A stretch of 53,289 nucleotides of DNA from Minisyncoccota bacterium (GCA_040879435.1 JBBDKG010000003.1:1-53289), one strand, 5' to 3'; shown: positions 9,959 to 20,406, counted from the first letter of the stretch. Notes: generated from the sequence alone by a model not told the origin. Numbers and translations are program-made.

Positions 9959-10285
9959 ATGATTGTATGTCAGGAATCTCTCAACGAACTGAACGCGGCT
10001 CTGCAGACCGTTTACAAGATCGCAAAGAAAGACCTTCTCGCGGATGACGTACCACTTCTTCCGAGTGCGGACGCTATCGAAGAGCTCATCAATACTCATC
10101 CTATCGAGCATCGAAGGGCTATCGCGAATGCGGCACTCTTGGTTCTCGTTGGATCCGGGATGCGGGCGCGCTACAACAACGATATCGTCCGCAAGGCGGC
10201 CATAGCACCGATCAATGGCGACTTCAGCCCGTTCGGCGTTGAACTCTATGAGGAACTTCTTCATGATCATGAAGCGATGCTGTAA
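9959..10285 (+). CDS. Hypothetical protein (ORFan, SD-led)
   Basis: TTGAGA-17-CATACT promoter, GGAGG 9949-9953, ATG 9959, downstream hairpin. Confidence 0.65.
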   Translation: MIVCQESLNELNAALQTVYKIAKKDLLADDVPLLPSADAIEELINTHPIEHRRAIANAALLVLVGSGMRARYNNDIVRKAAIAPINGDFSPFGVELYEELLHDHEAML

Positions 10286-10301
10286 TCTGCATCAGCCAAC
10301 G

Positions 10302-10328
10302 ACCCGGCCTACAACGGCCGGGTTTCAA
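10302..10328 (+). terminator. Intrinsic terminator-like hairpin
   Basis: acccggcc-tacaac-ggccgggt followed by a T-rich tail. Confidence 0.6.
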
Positions 10329-10368
10329 TTTGCAGAAATGTGCCCAGTACGCTAGGCTTGAGGAACTT

Positions 10369-11721
10369 ATGGAAAGAACTCTTATTGGACAGTTGAGCCA
10401 AAAAATTGGCAGTGAAGTGAATATAGCAGCATGGGTAGATGTTGCACGTAACCAGGGGAAGGTGGCCTTTTTCGACTTCCGCGATCGCTCCGGTATGGTG
10501 CAGGGAGTTGTGTTTGGAAAGCCTGAGGTACTTGAAGTGGCAAAGGAGCTTCGTCAGCAAAGCGTTGTTTCCGTTGCTGGTATCGTGAAAGAACGTGATG
10601 CAAAGCAGGTGAACGAGAAAATACAGAACGGGGACATTGAACTTGAGATCACCGGCATTACCGTACTCGCTCAAGCCGAGGCGCTACCGTTCGATCTCGA
10701 CGCGGACCTTACACTCGAAACGCTCCTTGACTACCGGCCGCTTACACTTCGCCGCGAACGGGAACGTGCCATCTTTACTGTGCAACATGAGATCATCACT
10801 GCGTATCGTGAATATCTCACAGATATTGGCTGCACTGAGATCCAGGCGCCGAAGCTCGTTGGAGAGGATGCAGAAGGTGGAGGTGAGGTGTTCCGACTCG
10901 ATTATTTTTATGACAAAAGCGCCTACCTAGCAACCAGTCCCCAGCTATACAAGCAGATTATGGTCGGCGTCTTTGAGCGTGTCTTCACGACCGGTAACGT
11001 GTTTCGTGCGGAGAAGCACGCGACCACACGCCACCTCAACGAATATACATCGATCGATGCGGAATTCGGATTCATCGAAGACCACGAAGACATCATGCGT
11101 ATTGAGACTGCGTTGATGCGGTTCATCGTTGAGCGATTGCGAGAACGCTGCAGTGGTGCATTTGCAACACTGGGTGCAGAACTTCCACTCATACCGGACG
11201 AAGATGTATTCCCACACATGAAGCTTCGCGAAGCACAGGAGCTTATCAAAAAAGAAACAGGGAAGGACAAGACAGCTGAACCGGACCTCGAACCGGAAGA
11301 CGAACGATGGCTGTGTGAATACGCCCGAACACACCTGAACAGCGATTTTATTTTCATCACGCACTATCCGGTATCGAAGCGTCCATTCTATACATTTGAG
11401 GATCCCGACGACCTTGGATACACCAAGAGTTTTGACCTTCTGTTCCGTGGCGTGGAGATCACGACCGGCGGACAGCGCCGACACACGTACGATATGCTTG
11501 TTGAAGGAGCTAAAGCCAAAAGTCTCGACCCGGAGAAGTTTGCATTCTACGCACAGGCGTTCCGATTCGGCATGCCGCCTCATGGCGGGTGGGGGATGGG
11601 ACTCGAACGTCTTACGCAAAAATTCCTTGGTCTGGAGAACGTAAAAGAAGCGACCCTTTTCCCACGCGACATCAATCGTATCGACACGTTGTTCTCAAAA
11701 GAGAGTGACCCCGGTGCGTGA
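10369..11721 (+). CDS. aspS: Aspartyl-tRNA synthetase, archaeal/eukaryote-type (no GAD insert), probably non-discriminating
   Basis: OB-fold 'FFDFRDRSG', 'TSPQLYKQ', motif 2 'FRAEKHATTRHLNEY', motif 3 'PPHGGWGMGLERL'; ~450 aa. Confidence 0.9.
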   Translation: MERTLIGQLSQKIGSEVNIAAWVDVARNQGKVAFFDFRDRSGMVQGVVFGKPEVLEVAKELRQQSVVSVAGIVKERDAKQVNEKIQNGDIELEITGITVLAQAEALPFDLDADLTLETLLDYRPLTLRRERERAIFTVQHEIITAYREYLTDIGCTEIQAPKLVGEDAEGGGEVFRLDYFYDKSAYLATSPQLYKQIMVGVFERVFTTGNVFRAEKHATTRHLNEYTSIDAEFGFIEDHEDIMRIETALMRFIVERLRERCSGAFATLGAELPLIPDEDVFPHMKLREAQELIKKETGKDKTAEPDLEPEDERWLCEYARTHLNSDFIFITHYPVSKRPFYTFEDPDDLGYTKSFDLLFRGVEITTGGQRRHTYDMLVEGAKAKSLDPEKFAFYAQAFRFGMPPHGGWGMGLERLTQKFLGLENVKEATLFPRDINRIDTLFSKESDPGA

Positions 11722-11733
11722 TATCATGTTTGA

Positions 11734-12477
11734 GTGAGTCTCACCAAACCCAAACAGACATTTGCGATAAAAACGGAGGTCTTTGAAGGGCCACTAGAAT
11801 TGTTGCTTGACCTCGTCGAACGGCGAAAGCTGCTCATCAACGATATCTCGCTCGCTGCTGTGACAGATGAGTATCTTGAACATGTGAGTCGCATGCAGGA
11901 GCAATCGCTTGCTGGCACCGCACACTTCGTGCAGCTTGCAGCAACGCTGCTTCTCATCAAATCAAAATCACTTCTGCCAGTACTGGAACTCACTGATGAA
12001 GAGGAGAGTAGCATCGAAGAGCTAGAGGAACGGCTGAAGCTCTACCAGATCTACCGTACGGCGGCACAGGCGCTTGGTGAGGTATTCGGAACCCATATCA
12101 TGCACGAACGACAGTACGCGTCGCGTACGAAGTCAGTATTCGTACCGGACGCGTATACCACGGTCGAGGAGCTGAATGCCGCGATGTATCGGGTCATTGC
12201 GGAACTTCCTAAGGTAGAAGAGAAGCCACGGGTGCAGGTGAAGACAGTGATCTCACTAGAAGAGATGATCGACCGGTTGCATCAACGTATTGAAGCGACA
12301 TTTAAGCTGCGCTTCAGCGAGCTTCTTGGACCAGAGAAGGAACGTACAACGGTAATTGTGGGGTTCTTGGCTATCTTGGAGTCCGTGAAGCAGGGGAAGG
12401 TGCTAGTGGCGCAAACAGCACGGTTTGCTGACATAGAGATAGAGAAAGAGGGGATTACCGCTCCGAGGTATCACTGA
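11734..12477 (+). CDS. scpA: Segregation and condensation protein A (kleisin)
   Basis: 'FEGPLELLLDLV', 'AATLLLIKSKSLLP', 'FLAILE'. Confidence 0.95.
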   Translation: MSLTKPKQTFAIKTEVFEGPLELLLDLVERRKLLINDISLAAVTDEYLEHVSRMQEQSLAGTAHFVQLAATLLLIKSKSLLPVLELTDEEESSIEELEERLKLYQIYRTAAQALGEVFGTHIMHERQYASRTKSVFVPDAYTTVEELNAAMYRVIAELPKVEEKPRVQVKTVISLEEMIDRLHQRIEATFKLRFSELLGPEKERTTVIVGFLAILESVKQGKVLVAQTARFADIEIEKEGITAPRYH

Positions 12478-12481
12478 GTAT

Positions 12482-12526
12482 AAAAAGGGAAAGGCCACGC
12501 TCCCCACAAAAAGGAGATACGTGGCC
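12482..12526 (-). terminator. Minus-strand intrinsic terminator between scpA and scpB
   Basis: ggccacg (12493-99) / cgtggcc (12520-26) plus ctcc/ggag inner stem; A-run at 12482-12492 is the U-tract on the minus strand. Confidence 0.7.
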
Positions 12527-12604
12527 AGTGACGTTTTGTCTGTGGGTCGTCAACCCTTCGGCGGCTGATCAGCTCGCGCTATGCAAGCTGATGCCGGCCG
12601 GCGT

Positions 12605-12649
12605 TCATCGAAGTCGTTGTTTAAACACTCTGGACGTTCTGTAGGTCAT
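12605..12649 (-). CDS. Candidate 14-aa peptide MTYRTSRVFKQRLR
   Basis: AAGGAGG 6 nt upstream of the ATG, within a promoter/terminator-bounded antisense unit. Confidence 0.3.
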   Translation of the reverse strand: MTYRTSRVFKQRLR

Positions 12650-12763
12650 CGCATTCCTCCTTGTTGATTGCGACCCCAGTATTCTTACACACTCTTCATT
12701 AGATGTCAATAGGGTGCAAAAGAGTGGTGGATTAGGCGGCAAAATGCCGGTATACTGACCGGA

Positions 12764-13306
12764 ATGGAGCTTTCAATGCAACTGGAAGGGGTGCTATTTT
12801 ATAAAGCCACACCGCTTCAAAAACGCACGTTATGTGCGCTTTTGAAGGTCAAGGAGCCGGAGCTTGAAGAGGCCGTCACAGCGCTCCAGAATCGGCTTTC
12901 AGGAAGTGGAACACGTGTTGTGGTCACTGATACCGAGGTCGAGCTCGTCACCGCACCAGAACTTGATGAACTGATCGAATCAGTGCGGAAGGACGAACTA
13001 AAGCGCGACATCGGCAAGGCCGGTGCGGAGACACTTGCCATCATCCTGTACCGAGGACCGCTTTCACGTGCTGAGATCGATCGTATCCGCGGGGTGAACT
13101 CATCATACATCTTGCGCAATCTGATGACCCGCGGTTTGATAGAGCGTACAGAGAGCACGAAGCAGAGTAACCAGTATGCAGTGACCACCACACTCTTACG
13201 ACACATGGGTGTTACCAGCCGCACTGAACTTTCCGGATACACTGACACAATGAATGCACTCGATGCGTACGAGCGCGCACGGAATGAAGAAACAGCCCGA
13301 ACATGA
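12764..13306 (+). CDS. scpB: Segregation and condensation protein B
   Basis: 'AETLAIILYRGPLSRAEIDRIRGVNS', 'LMTRGLI', 'YAVTTTLL'. Confidence 0.95.
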   Translation: MELSMQLEGVLFYKATPLQKRTLCALLKVKEPELEEAVTALQNRLSGSGTRVVVTDTEVELVTAPELDELIESVRKDELKRDIGKAGAETLAIILYRGPLSRAEIDRIRGVNSSYILRNLMTRGLIERTESTKQSNQYAVTTTLLRHMGVTSRTELSGYTDTMNALDAYERARNEETART

Positions 13307-14340
13307 CAGACGAACACCAGACACAACCGCAGAATGAACCGGATGAAACACCATTGATACCGGGACACGAGACACCGACACCCTCAGTAGAGGAATCACG
13401 TATGCCGGTGGTGCGTCAATTGTCCATCCTCGGCTTGGTACTGCTCGGGCTTTTCAGCGCAAGCTTCGTACCAATGATCGTTGCAAATTTCACTCCAGAA
13501 AAGGAAGACCTCTCCGCGGCAGCAGAGGCAGCCGTGGCGCAGGAGACGATCGGTGACCCTGAGGCGTTTGCCGATATCTCAATAAAAGGAGAGGCTGCAT
13601 TCGTCTGGGATGTGAACTCCGGTGAGATACTCTATGAGAAGAATGCGGACGCACAACTTCCAATCGCTTCCATTACCAAACTCATGACGGCACTGGTTGC
13701 GTACGAGATCATTGCTGCAGAAACGAGTGTGGCTATCCCTGATTCCGCTATCGCACAGAACGGTGACAGTGGGCTTCGTGCGGGCGAGACATTTACGTTT
13801 AGCGCACTTGCAGATCTCACGCTTGTGAGTTCTTCAAACGACGGAGCATTCGCGATGGCAGCCGCCGCCGGCGCTGCGCTTGATGGATCGGCTCCAGCAC
13901 AATCGTTCGTTGAAGCAATGAACATCCGCGCAAACGAACTCGGACTCACCAACACGTACTTCAGGAACCCGACCGGTCTTGATATCACCGAGAGTGAAGC
14001 TGGGGCATTCAGTTCTGCACGTGATGTTGCAAAACTCATGGAATACATCCTGCGCAAGCATCCATCCATCCTTGAAGCAACGACCGAACCCGGATCCATC
14101 TTTTACAATCAAAACGGGGAGTACCATGAGGCCGAGAACACCAACTACACAGTGAACCAGATCCCGGGTATTATCGGCTCAAAGACAGGGTATACAGCGC
14201 TTTCGGGTGGTAACCTGGCTGTGGCATTTGACGCCAGCGTAAACCGTCCGGTGATCCTGGTCGTGCTTGGCTCGACGTACACAGGCCGCTTTAACGACGT
14301 GTTGACCTTAACGCAGGCAACACAGCAGGCTGTGCAATAA
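13303..14340 (+). CDS. D-alanyl-D-alanine carboxypeptidase (peptidase S11)
   Basis: SxxK 'ASITKLMT', SxN 'SSN', KTG triad; N-terminal TM anchor. Confidence 0.92.
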   Translation: MTDEHQTQPQNEPDETPLIPGHETPTPSVEESRMPVVRQLSILGLVLLGLFSASFVPMIVANFTPEKEDLSAAAEAAVAQETIGDPEAFADISIKGEAAFVWDVNSGEILYEKNADAQLPIASITKLMTALVAYEIIAAETSVAIPDSAIAQNGDSGLRAGETFTFSALADLTLVSSSNDGAFAMAAAAGAALDGSAPAQSFVEAMNIRANELGLTNTYFRNPTGLDITESEAGAFSSARDVAKLMEYILRKHPSILEATTEPGSIFYNQNGEYHEAENTNYTVNQIPGIIGSKTGYTALSGGNLAVAFDASVNRPVILVVLGSTYTGRFNDVLTLTQATQQAVQ

Positions 14341-14352
14341 CCATCAACAGAT

Positions 14353-15426
14353 ATGGAACTTACGATCATCAAAGCTTTCCTTCCGACCGCACTCGCATTC
14401 ATCATTGGTATTGCGATCACGCCGGTGGTAACCCACTACCTGTATACGTGGAAAGCATGGAAACAAAAGAGTGGGAAGGGAGCTGGGTACGGAGGTGGCG
14501 CAACACCGGTCTTTGACAAATTGCATGCTCTGACGGACACCAACACCCCGCGTATGGGCGGTATTATCATCTGGGCAAGTGTGGCACTTACCATCTTTTG
14601 TATCGCAGCGCTGGAACTATTGATGCCCGAATCAGTATTCGGGAAATTGGACTTTCTTTCACGTTCCCAGACATGGCTACCGCTCATGGCGCTTGCAGTT
14701 GGTGCGGCAGTCGGGTTCCTTGATGATCTGCTTGTGATTCGTGGTAGCGGAAAGCACTTTGCAGGCGGCCTGCCGCTCTCACAACGCCTTGCTGTGGTCG
14801 GGGTAACTGCGGTCTTTTGCGGGTGGTGGTTCTACGAAAAGCTTGAGGTAACGGGAGTCAGCTTCTTCGGACAGGGGACACTTGAGCTGGGTGTATGGTT
14901 CATCCCGTTCTTTGTGTTGGTCGCGGTCTCTGTATATGCCTCAAGCGTGATCGACGGCATTGATGGACTGTCCGGTGGCGTTTTCATGTTCATATTCGCT
15001 GCATACAGCGGCATAGCGTTCTACCAGATGCAGTATGACATCGCCGCGTTCTGTGCGACGATCGTTGGAGGTATTCTTGCGTTCCTCTGGTTCAATATTC
15101 CGCCCGCTCGGTTCTACATGACTGAGACAGGCGTCATGGCTCTGACTATGACGCTCACAGTTATTGCCTTTATGACCGATACACTCGGCGAGGGAGAGGG
15201 GGTTTCCGTGTTGCCGGTGATCGGTTTTCTTTTGGTGATCACCGTTGCCTCTGACATCGTACAGATACTGGCGAAACGTCTATTTGGCAAAAAGGTATTC
15301 ATGATAGCGCCTGTACACCACCATTTTGAGGCACTTGGCTGGTCTGGCGCGAAGGTGACCATGCGATACTGGGTATTGGGATTTATCTTTGCCGTCATCG
15401 GCATACTGCTTGCGATCGCCCTCTAG
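14353..15426 (+). CDS. mraY: Phospho-N-acetylmuramoyl-pentapeptide transferase
   Basis: 'TPRMGG', 'GFLDD', 'DGIDGL', 'APVHHHFE'. Confidence 0.95.
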   Translation: MELTIIKAFLPTALAFIIGIAITPVVTHYLYTWKAWKQKSGKGAGYGGGATPVFDKLHALTDTNTPRMGGIIIWASVALTIFCIAALELLMPESVFGKLDFLSRSQTWLPLMALAVGAAVGFLDDLLVIRGSGKHFAGGLPLSQRLAVVGVTAVFCGWWFYEKLEVTGVSFFGQGTLELGVWFIPFFVLVAVSVYASSVIDGIDGLSGGVFMFIFAAYSGIAFYQMQYDIAAFCATIVGGILAFLWFNIPPARFYMTETGVMALTMTLTVIAFMTDTLGEGEGVSVLPVIGFLLVITVASDIVQILAKRLFGKKVFMIAPVHHHFEALGWSGAKVTMRYWVLGFIFAVIGILLAIAL

Positions 15427-15487
15427 CCTTGATTTACCAACGGCTGTACGTTCTCCGTAGACCGGATATGCAGTATGCTGTATCGTA

Positions 15488-16600
15488 ATGAAAGGCGCAG
15501 CGAAACGCGTTGATGCTATATTGCTCGGTATCATCATACTGTTGGTGGTGTGCGGATTCTTTATCTTTTCTTCTGCCTCCCTCGGCCTTCTAGCGCGTGA
15601 GGGGGCACGCTTCTCGTCGGTCGCATTCAATCAGATCGTGTTCGGTATCGTCGGTGGAGCCATCGCGATGTTCGTCGCGAGCCAGATCTACTACCGCAAC
15701 TGGCGGCAGTATGCCTTCTACATATTCATCGCAAGCACCATCCTCACGCTCCTCGTGTTCATACCCGGACTCGGCATCAGTCACGGTGGTGCAACGCGAT
15801 GGATCGACGTCGGCGGTTTTTCCTTCCAACCTGCTGAGTTTCTGAAGATCGGCTTCATCATATACATGGCGACGTGGCTCTCGGGCATGCAGCAGCATAT
15901 CAAGTCGTTCACGACCGGTACGCTTCCGTTCTGCGGGTTTGTGGGGTTTGTGGGCGTGATTCTTCTGCTACAACCGGACACGGACACTTTTCTCATCATC
16001 GCTGCCGCATCGGTGGCCATGTTCATTGTCGCCGGTGGACGCTGGCGTGATGTGGGGTTGATGGCGCTCACCGGCATCCTTCTTATCACCGTGCTCTTCT
16101 TCGCGCGTCCGTACATCAAAGACCGCGTGATGTCGTTCATCGACCCGTCGTCCGATCCACTCGGTTCCAGCTATCAGGTACAGCAGTCATTGATCGCGGT
16201 CGGTTCCGGGGGGTTCACCGGTAGGGGATTCGGACAAAGCATCCAGAAGTTCGAATACCTGCCAGAACCCATTGGTGACTCGGTATTCGCTGTATTCGCA
16301 GAGGAGTTCGGATTTATCGGCTCAGTGATCCTCATCGGATTGCTTGCATCCTTCACGTTCCGGGGGTACCGGCTGGCAACGCACGCCCAGGACCAGTTCG
16401 GCATGCTGCTCACGGTCGGTATCATCACCATCATTGTGGTGCAGGCATTTCTCAATATCGCTGCCATGGTGGCGCTGATGCCGATGCTCGGACTGCCGCT
16501 CCCGTTCATCAGTCACGGCGGAACGGCGCTTTTGGCCACTCTTGGCGCAGTCGGTATCGTGCTGAATGTTTCCAAGTATCAAAAGCGGAGCAGTGTGTAG
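15488..16600 (+). CDS. ftsW: SEDS-family peptidoglycan polymerase FtsW
   Basis: 'GATRWI', 'FQPAEFLK', 'QPD', 'GLPLPFISHGG'; sits between mraY and murG. Confidence 0.92.
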   Translation: MKGAAKRVDAILLGIIILLVVCGFFIFSSASLGLLAREGARFSSVAFNQIVFGIVGGAIAMFVASQIYYRNWRQYAFYIFIASTILTLLVFIPGLGISHGGATRWIDVGGFSFQPAEFLKIGFIIYMATWLSGMQQHIKSFTTGTLPFCGFVGFVGVILLLQPDTDTFLIIAAASVAMFIVAGGRWRDVGLMALTGILLITVLFFARPYIKDRVMSFIDPSSDPLGSSYQVQQSLIAVGSGGFTGRGFGQSIQKFEYLPEPIGDSVFAVFAEEFGFIGSVILIGLLASFTFRGYRLATHAQDQFGMLLTVGIITIIVVQAFLNIAAMVALMPMLGLPLPFISHGGTALLATLGAVGIVLNVSKYQKRSSV

Positions 16601-16614
16601 TGTAAAATGAATGT

Positions 16615-17736
16615 ATGAGAATCGTACTCGTTGGATCAGGAACCGGTGGCCACTTCTACCCGCTCATCGCGATCGCGGAGTCGATCAGGGCGGCTGACCG
16701 GTCGAACAACACCGATACCGAACTCTTTTTTGTCGGACCTGAGCCATACAACCAGGATGCTCTCGACAGTCAACGTATTTCGTTCGTGTATTGCCCTGCA
16801 GGGAAACGCCGACTCTATCGATCCATCAGAAACTATCTCGATGTCGGTAAGACGGCATTTGGATTCTTTGTCGCATTCTGGCGGCTGCTACTCCTGTATC
16901 CTGATGTTGTTATGAGCAAGGGTGGATACACGAGCGTACCGGTCATTCTCGCTGCGTGGCTCCTGCGTATTCCGATCGTCATACATGAATCTGATGCGGT
17001 CGCTGGTCGCGGAAATAAACTTGCTGCGCACTTTGCACGATACATTGCAATAGCGCACGACGACGCCGCTGCTTTCTTTCCAAAGGAGAAGGTTGCCTTG
17101 GTCGGAATGCCGATACGTACGTCGTTCTTTGTTCAGGCGAAGGATCCATATACGCCGCTTGGTATCCCGACCGACCGACCGGTGGTGCTGGTGACCGGTG
17201 GTTCGCTCGGCGCAGAACGCATCAATAACCTGATCCTCAACTCACTTGATGAACTGCTTCCGTTCTTTACCATCCTCCATCAGACCGGCCCGTTGCACGA
17301 GGAGAAGATACGGAAAAGCGCAGCCTCACTCATTACCGACCCGGCACTTCAGTCGCGGTATGTTGCATACGGCACCCTCCCAGCAGATCGTATGGCAATG
17401 GCGCTCGACGCGGCAGCGATCGTCATTGCGCGAGCTGGAAGCGGTACGATCTTTGAGATCGCTTTAAAGGGCAAGCCATCGATCCTGATTCCGATCCCTG
17501 AGGATATAAGTCGTGATCAGCGCAGCAACGCATACTCATATGCCCGGAGCGGTGCTGCGACAGTGATCGAGGAGCAGAACTTGACCGACGATCTTCTGGT
17601 CTCCGAGATACGCAGGATCCTTGAGGACAAGACAGCATACCAGGACATGCAAACGGCTGCGCGCAACTTCACGGTACCGGATGCCGCTGATAAGCTGGCC
17701 GATACCCTTATTTCGATTGGAAAAGAACATGAGTGA
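16615..17736 (+). CDS. murG: MurG glycosyltransferase
   Basis: 'GSGTGGHFYP', 'KGGYTSVP', 'HESD', 'TGGSLGA', 'RAGSGT'. Confidence 0.96.
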   Translation: MRIVLVGSGTGGHFYPLIAIAESIRAADRSNNTDTELFFVGPEPYNQDALDSQRISFVYCPAGKRRLYRSIRNYLDVGKTAFGFFVAFWRLLLLYPDVVMSKGGYTSVPVILAAWLLRIPIVIHESDAVAGRGNKLAAHFARYIAIAHDDAAAFFPKEKVALVGMPIRTSFFVQAKDPYTPLGIPTDRPVVLVTGGSLGAERINNLILNSLDELLPFFTILHQTGPLHEEKIRKSAASLITDPALQSRYVAYGTLPADRMAMALDAAAIVIARAGSGTIFEIALKGKPSILIPIPEDISRDQRSNAYSYARSGAATVIEEQNLTDDLLVSEIRRILEDKTAYQDMQTAARNFTVPDAADKLADTLISIGKEHE

Positions 17737-19081
17737 TACCACACAACCTGTTGTGACCCGGATAGCTCCGAGTCCTACCGGAGAAATGCATATCGGTACC
17801 GTGAGAACGGCACTTTTTAACTATTTATTCGCGAAAAAGCACGGTGGTACATACTTTGTTCGCATAGAAGATACCGACAAGGAGCGAAACAAAGAAGAGT
17901 GGGTAGATGCGATCTGGCGCGATTTTGAATGGTGCGGGCTAATGCCGGACAAACGTTCACGCACATCGGAACACCTTGACCGGCACCGCGAACTGCTTCG
18001 TGGGCTTGTTGAGAAGGATACGGCCTATGTCTCAAGCGAGCCGGCGAAAGACGACCCTGAACGGACGGTTGAACTGGTACGCCTGCGTAACCCGGGGAAG
18101 GAACTAACATTTGACGATCTTGTACGTGGCCCGATCACCTTCGACACGACCGAACTCGGAGATTTTGTGATAGCACGCTCGATCGACGACCCGCTCTACC
18201 ACTTTGCTGTGGTCGCTGACGATGGGGACGAAGGAGTCACACACGTTCTTCGTGCCGAGGAGCACATCTCAAATACACCACGACAGATCCTCATACAGGA
18301 AGCTCTTGGATTTCCGCGACCTGTATATGGACACCTGCCACTTATCCTTGCGCCTGACCGTTCCAAGCTCTCAAAACGTAAGCATGGGGCATCGATCGAG
18401 AACTACCGGTCACAGGGATTTCTTCCAACAGCCATCATCAACTACCTCGCACTCTTGGGGTGGAACCCGGGAACAGACCAGGAGATCTTCTCACTCACCG
18501 AACTCATTGATGTTTTTTCAATCGATGGTGTTCAGAAGGGTGGGGCGGTCTTTGATGTTCAGAAACTTGAATGGTTCAACAAGGAGTATCTCCTTAAGCT
18601 CGATTCGCACGAGTACCAGCACATGGTACGCAACGCACTCCCGATGGAGATCGCTGAGCTACCGCAGTTTGATGAGGAGCGCCTCCAGCGGTTACTCCCG
18701 GTCATCCGTGAGCGTGTTCACACCATGAAAGAGGTGGCAGAGGCTGCACAGGCAGGGGAGTATGATTTTGCGTTTGCAGCACCACATCCCGATGCCGACC
18801 TGCTCAAATGGAAAAAGGATGCGACGGCCGCAGACGCTATACCACGCCTTCAGAGAGCAGCAGAGATCCTTCATGAAGCTGACTTTTCCTCAGCTGAGAC
18901 CGTGAAAGACGCACTGTGGCCGTACGCAGAGGAAATAGGGAGAGGAGAACTGTTGTGGCCCCTGCGCGTCTCGCTCACCGGACGCAAGGAATCCCCCGAT
19001 CCCTTTGTGTGTGCCTTCATTATTGGCCGTGAAGAGACGCTTGCACGCATAGAAAAAGCCTGTGATACAATAGGCAGATAA
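17729..19081 (+). CDS. gltX: Glutamyl-tRNA synthetase
   Basis: 'RIAPSPTGEMHIG', 'RIEDTD', 'HVLRAEEH', 'KLSKR'; start ATG 17729. Confidence 0.96.
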   Translation: MSDTTQPVVTRIAPSPTGEMHIGTVRTALFNYLFAKKHGGTYFVRIEDTDKERNKEEWVDAIWRDFEWCGLMPDKRSRTSEHLDRHRELLRGLVEKDTAYVSSEPAKDDPERTVELVRLRNPGKELTFDDLVRGPITFDTTELGDFVIARSIDDPLYHFAVVADDGDEGVTHVLRAEEHISNTPRQILIQEALGFPRPVYGHLPLILAPDRSKLSKRKHGASIENYRSQGFLPTAIINYLALLGWNPGTDQEIFSLTELIDVFSIDGVQKGGAVFDVQKLEWFNKEYLLKLDSHEYQHMVRNALPMEIAELPQFDEERLQRLLPVIRERVHTMKEVAEAAQAGEYDFAFAAPHPDADLLKWKKDATAADAIPRLQRAAEILHEADFSSAETVKDALWPYAEEIGRGELLWPLRVSLTGRKESPDPFVCAFIIGREETLARIEKACDTIGR

Positions 19082-20406
19082 TGGTACGGCAACGTATAGC
19101 AGTGTTTTTTCTCGGTCTTTGCATTATTCCCGGCGCCTTTCTAAGTACGCAGGATGCAACCGCCCAGCAGACAGAAAGTGAGCTGCGTGCGCTTCAGCGT
19201 GAGTATGAATCTGAGATCGCTACGAAGAAAGCAGAGCAGCGACGCATTGAGGAGGAGATCAAGAAACTGGAAGCCGACCTGCAAGTAGTCGGTGCTGAAA
19301 AAGGTACACTTCAGAAAGCGATCAACCAACTTGAACTGGAACGCAAGAAGGTGCTCACAGATATAAGTTATACCGAGAGCAAGATAGATAGCACTGACCT
19401 TGAGATCGATAAGCTCACGAATGAGATTGGATCGACTGAGGGAGACATCAGCACCAGTGAATCGGCGATCGGTGAGATCATTCGAAACCTCCATTCGATC
19501 GACGACGATTCATTGATCGAGATCTTGCTACGACACGACAATCTATCAGAGTTCTGGAACGAGATCGAAGAGCTTGAGACCGTACGCACCGCGATGCAGA
19601 AGCAGGTCCAGCAGCTTGCTGAGCTCAAGGCGATCCTGGAGAACAAGCGACTGACAGAAACCGAACGTCGTGAGCAGCTAGCCGAACTCAAACAACAATA
19701 TGCCGGACAGCGTGCGGTCCTTGAGAACAACAAAGCAGAGAAGAATTCACTGCTTGAAGAGACCAAGAACGAAGAGGCCAACTACCAGACGCTACTCGAA
19801 CAGAAGAAGGCCGCCCGAGAGAAGCTTGTGAAGGAAGTGCAGGACATTGAATCTGAACTTCAGTTCATCCTTGACCCGAATTCCATCCCAACAAAGGGAA
19901 CTGCTGTGTTCCGCTGGCCGCTTGATAACGTTCGTATTACACAGTATTTCGGCTACACGAAGTTTGCACTCGCAAACCAAGGTGTGTACAAGAACAACAT
20001 GCACAACGGTGTTGACCTCGGTACACCGACCGGCACGACCGTCTACGCGCCGCTCACCGGTACCATTCGAGCCACCGGTAACACCGACCTTGTCCCTGGT
20101 TGTTACTCATGGGGTAAATGGATACTGATCGACCATCCGAACGGTCTTTCAACATTGTTCGCGCACCTGAGCGTTATCGATGTGTCACCGGGCCAGAAAG
20201 TCTCTACGGGTGATATTGTGGCGTACACGGGTAACACCGGCTATTCGACCGGCCCACACCTCCACTACACACTCTACGCAAGTGACGGTGTCCAAGTGAA
20301 GAAGTTCAACGAGTTCAAGGCTGTGACGGGTTGCGGATCTGCAACATCACCATTTGCCGCTGTGGAGGCATATCTTGATCCGCTTGATTATCTGCCGCCG
20401 GTTTGA
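19081..20406 (+). CDS. Coiled-coil protein with C-terminal M23 peptidase (EnvC/NlpD-like murein hydrolase or activator)
   Basis: Signal peptide, long coiled coil, 'HNGVDL', 'STGPHLHY'. Confidence 0.9.
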   Translation: MVRQRIAVFFLGLCIIPGAFLSTQDATAQQTESELRALQREYESEIATKKAEQRRIEEEIKKLEADLQVVGAEKGTLQKAINQLELERKKVLTDISYTESKIDSTDLEIDKLTNEIGSTEGDISTSESAIGEIIRNLHSIDDDSLIEILLRHDNLSEFWNEIEELETVRTAMQKQVQQLAELKAILENKRLTETERREQLAELKQQYAGQRAVLENNKAEKNSLLEETKNEEANYQTLLEQKKAAREKLVKEVQDIESELQFILDPNSIPTKGTAVFRWPLDNVRITQYFGYTKFALANQGVYKNNMHNGVDLGTPTGTTVYAPLTGTIRATGNTDLVPGCYSWGKWILIDHPNGLSTLFAHLSVIDVSPGQKVSTGDIVAYTGNTGYSTGPHLHYTLYASDGVQVKKFNEFKAVTGCGSATSPFAAVEAYLDPLDYLPPV

